A stretch of 54,189 nt of DNA. Source: a virus (lineage: Duplodnaviria; Caudoviricetes). The stretch spans positions 1 to 54,189 of IMG/VR virus record IMGVR_UViG_3300020335_000006; one strand, 5' to 3'. The stretch's first letter is position 1. Every line of letters begins with the position of its first letter. The notes beneath the pieces are model-generated. The model had not been told where the DNA came from and did not search any database. It saw nothing but the letters and a program-made list of their open reading frames with translations. Shown here in pieces: positions 38,099 to 46,866 of the stretch. A program made the translations under genes and the position numbers.

Positions 38099-38677
38099 AT
38101 GAAAGCAAGAAAACTTAGCATTCCAGGATTATTAGAATTAAGACCTGGAAAATTTGAAGATGAAAGAGGAGAGTTTATAGAAACATTCAAATCTTCAAAA
38201 CTTAAAGAACTTGGAATTACAGAAGAATTTCTACAAGACAATCAATCTGTTTCTAAGAAAGGAGTATTTAGAGGAATACATTTACAAACCGGAGATAGTG
38301 CTCAAGGAAAATTAGTAAGAGTTTCTAAAGGAGCTGTTGTTGATTTCGCAGTAGATCTTAGACAGGGTTCTGAAACCTACGGAGAGTGGGTTTATGTATT
38401 ATTAAGTGCGCATATAGGAAATCAATTCTGGATTCCAGCTGGTTTCGGTCATGCGTTTCTTGCTCTTGAGGATGATACTATATTTACATATAAGTGTACT
38501 AAAGAATATGATAAGAGTGCAGAGGAGTGTCTCCTATGGACCGACACAGATATAGATCTGACTATAGATAAGTCTATACTTACACAGTTCAGTATATCAG
38601 ACATTTTAGTTTCTGAAAAGGATAAAGAAGGTATTACGCTAAAGGAATATACTAAAAAATATGGTGTACTGGTTTAA
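38099..38677 (+). CDS. rmlC: dTDP-4-dehydrorhamnose 3,5-epimerase
   Basis: DERG.F.E, QDNQS.S..GV.RG.H.Q, QGKLV, VDLR..S.TYG, WIPAGFGH.F, YKC, SEKD. Confidence 0.92.
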   Translation: MKARKLSIPGLLELRPGKFEDERGEFIETFKSSKLKELGITEEFLQDNQSVSKKGVFRGIHLQTGDSAQGKLVRVSKGAVVDFAVDLRQGSETYGEWVYVLLSAHIGNQFWIPAGFGHAFLALEDDTIFTYKCTKEYDKSAEECLLWTDTDIDLTIDKSILTQFSISDILVSEKDKEGITLKEYTKKYGVLV

Positions 38678-39155
38678 AAGAAAATACAGACAAGTTAAGA
38701 GAGTCTTAGATTTCCTACCTATCATTTGGAGAGGATTTGATTTTGATTATCAATACGCAATTGAGTTATTTAAACATCAATTAATACGTACTGAAAAATT
38801 TATGTCTTCTCCAAATACAGTGACAGTAAACGCCAATAGTAGAGCTAAGAAAATTAAAACTGCTATTGAACTTCTTGATAAAGTTTATGATGAAGAATAT
38901 GGATCAGAATACCATGAGCAGATGAAATCAATATACGGTAACAATGTATTAGAATGGGTGTTTGAAGAAATTGAAGATACAGGACGAGGAGATAGGCCTT
39001 ACTATCTTACTTATGAATATGAGAAGTGGGAAAATAAAGATGAAGTTAAAGAGACGTTTGATAAACTATTTAAACAATCACAAGATAAACAGAAACGTGC
39101 TGAGAAATTAGTATGGGAATTTATATCCCACAACATCCGAGGATGGTGGGATTAA
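38661..39155 (+). CDS. Hypothetical phage protein
   Basis: 164 aa, ends with WWD. Confidence 0.75.
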   Translation: MVYWFKRKYRQVKRVLDFLPIIWRGFDFDYQYAIELFKHQLIRTEKFMSSPNTVTVNANSRAKKIKTAIELLDKVYDEEYGSEYHEQMKSIYGNNVLEWVFEEIEDTGRGDRPYYLTYEYEKWENKDEVKETFDKLFKQSQDKQKRAEKLVWEFISHNIRGWWD

Positions 39156-39182
39156 AATAATTTGAAAATAATTGCCTAAATA

Positions 39183-39214
39183 TTTTTTTATCTCAGTTTT
39201 TTTGCTTATATTAG
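39183..39214 (+). promoter_or_regulatory. Class I repeated promoter module (copy 2)
   Basis: TTTTTTTATCTCAGTTTTTTTGCTTATATTAG. Confidence 0.75.
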
Positions 39215-39249
39215 TACTGTAATTAAACACTAACAAAAAACTAAAAGTT

Positions 39250-39471
39250 ATGTCAACAGAATTAAAATCATTAAAAGGTCAATTTCACAGTCAAAAGACT
39301 AACGAAATGGAAAACACTGAAATGTCATTGACAAGATTCAGTGGCGGTAAAGAGGGTATGAAACTTCAATTAACAATGAGAGCGCAAGGAGACTTCTTCA
39401 CTCATATCACCCTTAATAAAGAAGAACTTAAAACTTTAGTCAAAGAAATTCAAGAAAACTTTGACCTTTAA
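39250..39471 (+). CDS. Hypothetical protein
   Basis: 73 aa ORF directly after class I promoter. Confidence 0.7.
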   Translation: MSTELKSLKGQFHSQKTNEMENTEMSLTRFSGGKEGMKLQLTMRAQGDFFTHITLNKEELKTLVKEIQENFDL

Positions 39472-39481
39472 AATAAACGGT

Positions 39482-39940
39482 ATGAAAACAGTAATTTTCG
39501 ATTTAGATGGAACTCTCGCCCTCATTGATGATAGACGAGCTATTTCCACAAAAGATAATGGTAAAATGGATTGGGACACTTTCTTCGATCCAGCAAACAT
39601 TCAATTAGATAAACCAAACTGGCCTGTAATTTTAATGGCACAGACTTTGAAAAAAGCTGGTCATAGGATTGTGATTTTTAGTGGAAGATCTAAAGCTACT
39701 AAAGATGCAACGAGAGATTGGTTAAACAGTTTAGATATTCCATGTGACGTCTTAAAGATGAGACCAACTGATGGTGGTTTAAAATGGATGAAAGATGATT
39801 TGTTAAAGAAGAAGTGGTTAGACGATCTTTTCCCAAACACTGACGATATTATCTGTGTCTTTGATGATAGAGATAAAGTAGTTCAGATGTGGAGAGATAA
39901 TGGTATCACTTGCTTTCAAGTAGCTAACGGTAATTTTTAA
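39482..39940 (+). CDS. HAD-family phosphatase (PseT/polynucleotide kinase 3'-phosphatase domain-like)
   Basis: IFDLDGTLA, FSGR, L.MR, FDDR..VV.MWR..G..CFQVA.G.F. Confidence 0.85.
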   Translation: MKTVIFDLDGTLALIDDRRAISTKDNGKMDWDTFFDPANIQLDKPNWPVILMAQTLKKAGHRIVIFSGRSKATKDATRDWLNSLDIPCDVLKMRPTDGGLKWMKDDLLKKKWLDDLFPNTDDIICVFDDRDKVVQMWRDNGITCFQVANGNF

Positions 39941-39950
39941 AATAAAAGAT

Positions 39951-40235
39951 ATGAAATTCAAAGATTTAACATTTAAGAAACAAAATCACGGTGGAGTAGG
40001 AGCTACCGCAAAATTCAAAGAAGTTACGGTGAGTATTCAAGCTGGTAAGTTTGTTTACAGTACTCCTCGAGAAGATGGCTTAGACTCTACACAATACTCT
40101 TCATTTGAAGTAGCTATATTTAATAATTCTGAGGATGGCGGTTTTGTCACCAATAAGTTTTTAGATACTGAAGATCAAGTTGCCGGATGGACTTCTAAGA
40201 AAGATGTTGAAAAACTTTTACAAAAATTGAAATAA
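39951..40235 (+). CDS. Hypothetical protein
   Basis: 94 aa ORF in operon. Confidence 0.7.
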   Translation: MKFKDLTFKKQNHGGVGATAKFKEVTVSIQAGKFVYSTPREDGLDSTQYSSFEVAIFNNSEDGGFVTNKFLDTEDQVAGWTSKKDVEKLLQKLK

Positions 40236-40462
40236 TGGGAGTAGAAGGATTATTTTTAACAATTTTCTTAGGAGTATTCGCATTCGTAATGGGATGGATG
40301 AAAGGGTGTGAAGACGAGCAGTCAAGAATTAGAGATGCTTTTAGATCAGAAGATTATACGTATAGCGGATTTTTAGATGTTCTTGAAAAATACGAAGAGG
40401 AGAAGGAAGCTGCTAGACAATGGGCTAAGTTTAAAAAAAGAAGAAAAAAAAATAAAAAATAA
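40235..40462 (+). CDS. Small membrane protein
   Basis: N-terminal hydrophobic helix. Confidence 0.65.
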   Translation: MGVEGLFLTIFLGVFAFVMGWMKGCEDEQSRIRDAFRSEDYTYSGFLDVLEKYEEEKEAARQWAKFKKRRKKNKK

Positions 40463-40530
40463 ACAGCTAAAAGTTTTTTTATCTCAGTTTTTTTGCTTAT
40501 ATTAGTAGAGTAATAATTAATAAAAGAAAC
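40456..40530 (+). promoter_or_regulatory. Class I repeated promoter module (copy 3, extended)
   Basis: About 75 bp nearly identical to 50954-51028. Confidence 0.8.
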
Positions 40531-40534
40531 CATT

Positions 40535-40735
40535 ATGACAGAATTAAAAAACAAACAGTATATGTTCACCTTTGAAGGTGGCGGTTGGAACACGGTGTGG
40601 GCCAAAACTAAACGCGGTGCAATTAAAGCCGCTCTTAAAGAATACAAAGATTCAGATTCTTTGAATCCTCGTATTGATTCTTTTCATAAAGCTACCGAAG
40701 AAGGTCTTCGATCTGCAATGTCTCTTTTCCACTAA
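40535..40735 (+). CDS. Hypothetical protein
   Basis: 66 aa ORF after class I promoter. Confidence 0.7.
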   Translation: MTELKNKQYMFTFEGGGWNTVWAKTKRGAIKAALKEYKDSDSLNPRIDSFHKATEEGLRSAMSLFH

Positions 40736-40745
40736 AAAAATAAAA

Positions 40746-41090
40746 ATGAATAAACTACAAACACTCAAATGCGTTGAAGTAACTTCACAGACGCAAGCCG
40801 ACAATGGAACTGTATGCTATCATGACCCTATCACGAGCACTGACTACCTTTCTTATGAAAGTGGATATATTCGTAGAGCATATACTCGTAACTATGAAAA
40901 TTATAAAGGATATGGATGGTCTAATAGGACGATTTATCAATTAAATCCTACTAAGAAATCAATGCATGAATGGAATGGAAGTCTATGGCCTTCAACTGAA
41001 AGGATTATGATTGAAGATCCAAACGAACGCTTAAACAGGCTTGCAAAGGCTGTAGTTAACTATAGAAAAACCCTTAGTAAGAATGCGTAA
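40746..41090 (+). CDS. Hypothetical protein
   Basis: ATG at 40746 with A-rich leader. Confidence 0.7.
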   Translation: MNKLQTLKCVEVTSQTQADNGTVCYHDPITSTDYLSYESGYIRRAYTRNYENYKGYGWSNRTIYQLNPTKKSMHEWNGSLWPSTERIMIEDPNERLNRLAKAVVNYRKTLSKNA

Positions 41091-41199
41091 ACTAAAACAA
41101 ACACTTAAGCAGATTGATAGCGTAGACATCGTCCTAATTACTGCGTTCGGACTTTATATGACTCTACTTATTTCTAACCTTTTAAAAATGGTAAACTAA
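41083..41199 (+). CDS. Small membrane peptide (38 aa, not in ORF track)
   Basis: MRKLKQTLKQIDSVDIVLITAFGLYMTLLISNLLKMVN; overlaps both neighbours' stop/start. Confidence 0.55.
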   Translation: MRKLKQTLKQIDSVDIVLITAFGLYMTLLISNLLKMVN

Positions 41200-41432
41200 T
41201 GAGATATACTGTAACATTTGAAGTATACATTGATGCAGATAACGATAAACATGCTCTTTCAAAGGGTGAACTTATCGCTGAAAATCAAGAAGCTAAATAC
41301 GGCCAATCATGGGACGTAACTCAATTACATCAAACTCCCTTCGCTTCCTTTAATACAAAGAAAGTAGATATTCAAAAAATTAGAACGGAGCAAATGATTA
41401 AATCAATAGAAGAAGATCCATTACCGTTTTAA
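41199..41432 (+). CDS. Hypothetical protein
   Basis: 77 aa ORF in operon. Confidence 0.7.
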   Translation: MRYTVTFEVYIDADNDKHALSKGELIAENQEAKYGQSWDVTQLHQTPFASFNTKKVDIQKIRTEQMIKSIEEDPLPF

Positions 41433-41433
41433 T

Positions 41434-41625
41434 ATGATAACTTATTTAATGATTGGCGTTATTTATTCTTTTATTATGCATCTCTCATGGGATCATTCTA
41501 AAGAAAAGGACGAAGACTTCGGTTTAAAGAAATGGACTATATTCGAATCCGTTATCTTAACATTGATATGGCCAATATATTTATGTTATTTCATATATTC
41601 ATTCATTAAAGGATTTTTCGAATAA
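41434..41625 (+). CDS. Small two-TM membrane protein
   Basis: YL.IG.. and LIWP hydrophobic helices. Confidence 0.65.
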   Translation: MITYLMIGVIYSFIMHLSWDHSKEKDEDFGLKKWTIFESVILTLIWPIYLCYFIYSFIKGFFE

Positions 41626-41654
41626 ACTTTTTATAAAACTCATATATAAATAAT

Positions 41655-42518
41655 ATGCCAGAATTAGCAGAATTAAAATTTACATCAGATTACGTCAATG
41701 CAGCCTCGGAAGGAGCTGAATATGTTAGTGTAACAAAAAACCCTGAACATAAGTGCGAAGATTTAAATATCCCATTTAAATCCTTTAAACTCAAGGCAGA
41801 ATCTAAGGGAAAGGAAATGGTTCTCGCAATTCTAGATAATAATTCAGATCAGATTATTCCTATTAGAATGACAATGGGAATGAGCGGTTATTTTAAACTT
41901 ACTAATTCAGGTCAAGAGCCTAAGCATTCTCACCTAAAATTTAATAGAAAGGATGGAACTACACTCTCTTTCGTAGATGTACGTAGATTTGGTAAGTGGA
42001 AACAAGGGTTGTGGTGGAATTCATCACGAGGTGAAGATCCAACGACCTCCTTTAATTCTTTTTGGAAAGATATAATGACTAATCTAACGTCACGCGCCTT
42101 CAAGAAACCACTCTATGAAGTCCTGATGAACCAAAAATATTTTAATGGAATAGGTAATTACTTAAGAGCAGAGATTATTTATAGGGCAGGAGATGTAGAT
42201 CCTTTCCTTCCGGCTGGAATGCAATTAGCAAAATATCCTAAAATATTAGAACTATGTAAAGACATTCCGATGTTAGCATACGCAAAAGGAGGAGGAAGTA
42301 TTAGAGATTGGGATAATCCATTTGGAACAGACGCTATTCAAGAAAAATTCATGCTATGCTATGGAAACCCTACTATGTCAAAAAGAAAAGATTCGAATGG
42401 AAGAACTTTTTGGTATGATAAGAAATGGGACAATGTTCCTACAAGCAGAGACGACCTAAAGGACTGGGACCATTATAGTGGATTACCAAGCCCACTCCAA
42501 AGGAAAAGCCGGGTATGA
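41655..42518 (+). CDS. Fpg/Nei-family DNA glycosylase, NEIL1-like (zincless finger)
   Basis: N-terminal PE, KGKE, MGMSG, DVRRFG, H2TH LMNQKYFNGIGNYLRAEI, CYG...D.NGRTFW; class II promoter 41623-41649. Confidence 0.9.
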   Translation: MPELAELKFTSDYVNAASEGAEYVSVTKNPEHKCEDLNIPFKSFKLKAESKGKEMVLAILDNNSDQIIPIRMTMGMSGYFKLTNSGQEPKHSHLKFNRKDGTTLSFVDVRRFGKWKQGLWWNSSRGEDPTTSFNSFWKDIMTNLTSRAFKKPLYEVLMNQKYFNGIGNYLRAEIIYRAGDVDPFLPAGMQLAKYPKILELCKDIPMLAYAKGGGSIRDWDNPFGTDAIQEKFMLCYGNPTMSKRKDSNGRTFWYDKKWDNVPTSRDDLKDWDHYSGLPSPLQRKSRV

Positions 42519-42940
42519 AAATTATAATAGCAGTTTTATTTACTATAAATGTATGGGCACAGGATTGTTCACCGTACCATAAGATAACTAATTTTGAAAC
42601 AAATAAAGACGTTGAGTTTACTGTGGCGTGGGTTAGTTGTTTCCACGCATCAGGCATGGCTTTCTCAACCGATTGGAATAACATGTCACTTGGAGTTCAT
42701 CTTATGGGTGAAGGACATCAAAATGCAGCATATACATTTTTTAGTTATCAATACCAACCTATTAAAAAAATTAAACTTCATGCTGGGCCATTATATAAAC
42801 TAAATAATGACAGTGGCTTAATGCTCGCACAATATGGAGGAGATGTTAAATTATACAAATCCGTTTGGCTCACTAGTAGAATATTACAAATTAACAGAAA
42901 TTTGAATTACCTTAATGTAGGAATTAAATTAGCCTTATAG
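42515..42940 (+). CDS. Signal-peptide protein, small beta-barrel-like
   Basis: MKIIIAVLFTINVWA|Q signal peptide; alternating strands ending YLNVGIKLAL. Confidence 0.55.
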   Translation: MKIIIAVLFTINVWAQDCSPYHKITNFETNKDVEFTVAWVSCFHASGMAFSTDWNNMSLGVHLMGEGHQNAAYTFFSYQYQPIKKIKLHAGPLYKLNNDSGLMLAQYGGDVKLYKSVWLTSRILQINRNLNYLNVGIKLAL

Positions 42941-42962
42941 TTAGAAATATAACCCGATATTT

Positions 42963-43595
42963 ATGAAAAAATTAGAAAGAATGCAAAATTTAATAGTCAT
43001 CGGACATCCTGATAAAAAATCGTTTTGCTATAACGGAATTTTTAAAACAATCCAAGAATCTTTATTAGATAGCGATTACCTAAATGAAATACAGGTAATA
43101 GATTTATATAGAGATGATTTCTCTAGGCCAAGAACTGATCTTATTAAAGAATATCAAGATGCGGTAACATGGGCAGATAGAATTTATTTCATATCTCCAG
43201 TTTGGTGGTTTAGATTAACACCGAGAACAGAAATCTTTTTTGATGAAGTATTTACTCCAGGCTTTGCATATAAGTTTGTTCCTTTGTTCGGAGCATATGC
43301 ATATCCAAAATCATTCTTAAGTGACAAAAAGGTAAGGACATATATAACCCATGGAGCGCCTTCATTACCGGTAAAAACGCTTTATTTAAACTCAGTTAAA
43401 CTACGCTTAGTGATGGGAGTATTTACATTTGTATTTGGATGGAACATTTCAAGATGGTTAAAGACAAAACAATTTTGGTCAGTTCCATTCGTAAGCGACG
43501 CAAAAAGAAAGAAATATTTAGATAGAGTCAAAAGGGATATTAAAAAAGATCTTAAAAAACATCAAACATTACCTACACAATATGAAAACATATAA
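42963..43595 (+). CDS. NAD(P)H dehydrogenase (quinone), flavodoxin-2 family
   Basis: GHP...SF, IDLY, AD.I.F..PVWW, FFD.VF.PGFAY. Confidence 0.85.
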   Translation: MKKLERMQNLIVIGHPDKKSFCYNGIFKTIQESLLDSDYLNEIQVIDLYRDDFSRPRTDLIKEYQDAVTWADRIYFISPVWWFRLTPRTEIFFDEVFTPGFAYKFVPLFGAYAYPKSFLSDKKVRTYITHGAPSLPVKTLYLNSVKLRLVMGVFTFVFGWNISRWLKTKQFWSVPFVSDAKRKKYLDRVKRDIKKDLKKHQTLPTQYENI

Positions 43596-43821
43596 GCCTA
43601 CAAAGGAAATGAGAACTAATCCACTTTCCTTACAGGACGGAGGATCTATAGTAACCGTGATTTACGATAATTATGTTGTTGAATTTACAAACATCAAAAA
43701 TCCTATATCCTATATTGCATCAATTAGATTTGCCAAGCAAGGTGATATTACTCTTAGAGGTTTTCTAATAAATGGAGAAGAATATGATATGTGTAAGAGT
43801 AAAATAAACAAAAACAAATAA
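43582..43821 (+). CDS. Hypothetical protein
   Basis: 79 aa ORF in operon. Confidence 0.65.
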   Translation: MKTYKPTKEMRTNPLSLQDGGSIVTVIYDNYVVEFTNIKNPISYIASIRFAKQGDITLRGFLINGEEYDMCKSKINKNK

Positions 43822-43837
43822 ATCAGTATAATATTAT

Positions 43838-44731
43838 ATGAAAAACGTATTAGTCACAGGTGGTGCAGGATTTGTCGGAAGCAACCTCATTAAACACCTA
43901 CAGGAAACCTATCCAAAAATTAAAATAACTTCATTAGATAATTACTTCACAGGAAAAGAAGAAAATCATGTTCCTGATGTAACTTATTATAGAGGACATA
44001 CATGGGAAGCAGATACTATTTTTGAAAAATTAACAGAAGAAGAATATTTCGATACAGTATTTCACTTTGGAGAATACAGTAGAATTGTTCAATCGTTTGA
44101 AGATATTGATTTTGTTCATAGATCTATTCTATCCGGAACACCTGTTATATTAGAACTATGTAGAACATGGAATTCAAAATTAATTTATTCTGCATCTTCT
44201 TCTAAGTTTGGTAACAATGGTGAAGATGAAAATCTTTCTCCTTATGCTTGGATGAAATCTAAGATGGTAGAACTAATTAAAAACTATAATACATGGTATG
44301 ATCTTCAATATGAGATCTGTTATTTCTTTAATGTATATGGACCTGGTCAAATTACATCAGGTGATTATGCAACAGTTGTCGGTATTTTTGAAAGACAATT
44401 TAAAGCAGGTGAAAAATGTTCAGTGGTTTCTCCTGGAAATCAAAGTAGAGACTTCACACATGTTGAAGACGTAGTTACAGCGCTTGGATTAGCAGCACAG
44501 AGAAAAGACAATCATGAATGGTACTTAAGAAGCGGAGTTAATACTACAATGATAGAATTAGCAGAAATGTACGGTGATTGGGTAATGATTCCTGAAAGAA
44601 GAGGTGAAAGATTTACAAGTGAAGACTTTCCATCAGACACTGAAGAAAAATTAGGTTGGACGCCAACTTGGAAATTACAAGATTGGGTAAATTTAGTAAC
44701 ATCACCAAAGCAAGAAAAAATTAATGCATAA
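43838..44731 (+). CDS. NAD-dependent nucleotide-sugar epimerase/dehydratase
   Basis: TGGAGFVGS, ASSS, SPY...K, FNVYGP, RDFTHVED; class II promoter 43805-43831. Confidence 0.9.
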   Translation: MKNVLVTGGAGFVGSNLIKHLQETYPKIKITSLDNYFTGKEENHVPDVTYYRGHTWEADTIFEKLTEEEYFDTVFHFGEYSRIVQSFEDIDFVHRSILSGTPVILELCRTWNSKLIYSASSSKFGNNGEDENLSPYAWMKSKMVELIKNYNTWYDLQYEICYFFNVYGPGQITSGDYATVVGIFERQFKAGEKCSVVSPGNQSRDFTHVEDVVTALGLAAQRKDNHEWYLRSGVNTTMIELAEMYGDWVMIPERRGERFTSEDFPSDTEEKLGWTPTWKLQDWVNLVTSPKQEKINA

Positions 44732-45215
44732 AAAAGGTAAAATAGTATTAGTAGGAAAGGCAGCTGCCGGAAAAGATTATTTAAGAACTAGATATGAAAA
44801 TAGAGGTTTCGTCTTTGGAGTCTCTTATACTACTCGTCCTCCTCGTAAGAAGGCAAACGAACAAGAAGGAGTAGATTACTATTTTGTAAACGAAGATAGC
44901 TTTAAAAACATGATCGATAACGATGAATTCGTTGAGTATCAAAAATTTAACGGATGGTATTACGGAATCACAAAGGAAGAGTTCGAAAGATGTGACGTAA
45001 TGATTTTAAACGCGGAAGCAGTTGATCTGTTAAATGAAGAATATCGAGGTAGATGCTTTGTAACCTATATAGATATACCAATTGACGTAAGAAGGTCAAG
45101 AATAATAGAACGAAACGACCCAGATGACAATTTTGAAAGAAGAATTCAAGCCGATGAAGATCAATTTAGAAACTTTTTCAATTATGATTGTAGAATAACT
45201 AACCACAACTTTTAA
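44724..45215 (+). CDS. gmk: Guanylate kinase-like protein
   Basis: GKAAAGKD, SYTTRPPR, EGVDYYF, F.E...FNGWYYG. Confidence 0.85.
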   Translation: MHKKGKIVLVGKAAAGKDYLRTRYENRGFVFGVSYTTRPPRKKANEQEGVDYYFVNEDSFKNMIDNDEFVEYQKFNGWYYGITKEEFERCDVMILNAEAVDLLNEEYRGRCFVTYIDIPIDVRRSRIIERNDPDDNFERRIQADEDQFRNFFNYDCRITNHNF

Positions 45216-45237
45216 AACAACAATAAATAATAATAAG

Positions 45238-45753
45238 ATGGCAGATTTAAAGATGAACTTATCACAACTAGAAACAAAGAGAGACGAACTTATCAAAGAA
45301 ATTGATGCGACTTCAAAGGACATGACTAATAAAACCTATGATGTTGATTTCGTAAGTAACGCTAATATTAACAAAACATTATCTCATCTAGATAAAAATT
45401 ACAAATGGACAGTTAAGAATGCTGCTCTTTTGATTAATCTTCACGAAGCTCTAAAAGCTGAAAAAACTAGAATTTCAAAAGAAAGTGTCGACGACGCAGT
45501 AGTATCTTTAAAAACAGTTCCGCTTAATACATTATATAGTGCGTTAACAACACTCGAAGGAACTGGAGTATCTCAGGCAAAAGCATTTACAACACTTCTT
45601 ACGCAGGTTGGTTTTAACATCAGTGAAGCTATGAAAACTATGCAACAAGCAAATAAAGAAATACAAGCTCTTCATGTTTCTTTATCTGAAATTGAAAAAG
45701 AAATAGAAGAGAATAACGTAGAAACAGTAACCCCGGATGAAGTTAGCAAGTAA
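45238..45753 (+). CDS. Hypothetical helical protein
   Basis: 171 aa ORF with coiled-coil termini. Confidence 0.75.
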   Translation: MADLKMNLSQLETKRDELIKEIDATSKDMTNKTYDVDFVSNANINKTLSHLDKNYKWTVKNAALLINLHEALKAEKTRISKESVDDAVVSLKTVPLNTLYSALTTLEGTGVSQAKAFTTLLTQVGFNISEAMKTMQQANKEIQALHVSLSEIEKEIEENNVETVTPDEVSK

Positions 45754-46252
45754 ATCTAAAAACAGATTAGAACTCTTAGACGTAATTCAAGAAGGAATTA
45801 CAGTCAAAGATACGACCCTATCTGTTGAAAAGATTAAACAATTAGCCTATCCTAGCCTTTTGGAAAAGGTAAGTGGATGGGTCGAAGAAAAGAAAGGTTT
45901 TAGTGGAGGTCTTGCAAAGGAAAAAGCTAAAACAATGATTAAGTTTGATAGTGGTAAAACATCAGGTGCAAGAAATATGCACTTCATGGGAACTACTAAC
46001 AAACCTACGCTCACAGTAGAGAGTGCTGGAATTAAGGTTGCTATAGAATTTATCAAAGGAGATAGAGGCTCAGATTTAAGAGAAGCTATCGGCCAATCGA
46101 TGATATACTCAACAGCGTATGATTTTGTAATGTGTGTATTTTTAGATTCAACCGATGATAAAAGAATTAAAGGAGGATCTTCTTCAATCACAGAACATTA
46201 TTTTTTAAACAACCTTTGGGATAATTTTAACGTAAAGTTTACATTAGTATAA
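45737..46252 (+). CDS. PD-(D/E)xK-fold-like protein with degenerate active site
   Basis: KPTL....KVAIEFIK......REAIGQ..IY; PD replaced by PT and ExK shifted. Confidence 0.5.
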   Translation: MKLASKSKNRLELLDVIQEGITVKDTTLSVEKIKQLAYPSLLEKVSGWVEEKKGFSGGLAKEKAKTMIKFDSGKTSGARNMHFMGTTNKPTLTVESAGIKVAIEFIKGDRGSDLREAIGQSMIYSTAYDFVMCVFLDSTDDKRIKGGSSSITEHYFLNNLWDNFNVKFTLV

Positions 46253-46263
46253 CAAAACCATAT

Positions 46264-46794
46264 ATGCAAATATTTGTAACATCAAACCAACAGTTTGGGA
46301 GACCTGGGGCTATCAAGAAGTATGATAGGCCCTTTTCTTCGCTAGAAGAAATGAATGAAACATTAATAGAAAACTGGAACCTTACAGTTTCATCCAATGA
46401 CATAGTATACGTTTTAGGTAATTTTGGATGGGATCCGACTACCGTAGAGAACTGTATTAATGTATTAAATGGACATATATATTTTATAGAAGGAGAATTC
46501 GACAAAGCGACAGTTGACGTATCCATGCTTCCTAATGCAGATAAGAAGATGGAAGAGATAGGACCTATAGATTTTTTAACAGAAATGAACGCATGTATGT
46601 CATATTGGCCTCTTTCTATTTGGCCTGGTAAATATCTACTAACTGGTCATCCATCTAAGAAAATTAAAACAGATCCTTCTAAAAAAATAATTAACGTGTC
46701 ATGTGATCAATGGTCATACAAACCAGTCAATATAGAATCACTGATCGGGCTGTTCGAGGAAACTAATTTGAAAAAAAGTGAAAATAAACAGTAA
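46264..46794 (+). CDS. Calcineurin-like phosphoesterase homologue lacking metal ligands
   Basis: Scaffold RPF....EMNE.LI.NWN..V...D.VYVLG retained, but ligands read TSNQQ, LGNF, GEFD, TGHP. Confidence 0.75.
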   Translation: MQIFVTSNQQFGRPGAIKKYDRPFSSLEEMNETLIENWNLTVSSNDIVYVLGNFGWDPTTVENCINVLNGHIYFIEGEFDKATVDVSMLPNADKKMEEIGPIDFLTEMNACMSYWPLSIWPGKYLLTGHPSKKIKTDPSKKIINVSCDQWSYKPVNIESLIGLFEETNLKKSENKQ

Positions 46795-46845
46795 AAAGTT
46801 TTTTTATCTCAGAAATTTTGCTTATATTAGTATAGTAATAATTAA
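46781..46845 (+). promoter_or_regulatory. Class I repeated promoter module (copy 4) upstream of ECF sigma
   Basis: AAAATAAACAGTAAAAAGTTTTTTTATCTCAGAAATTTTGCTTATATTAG. Confidence 0.8.
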
Positions 46846-46866
46846 TTAATCAAAAAAATATAACCT

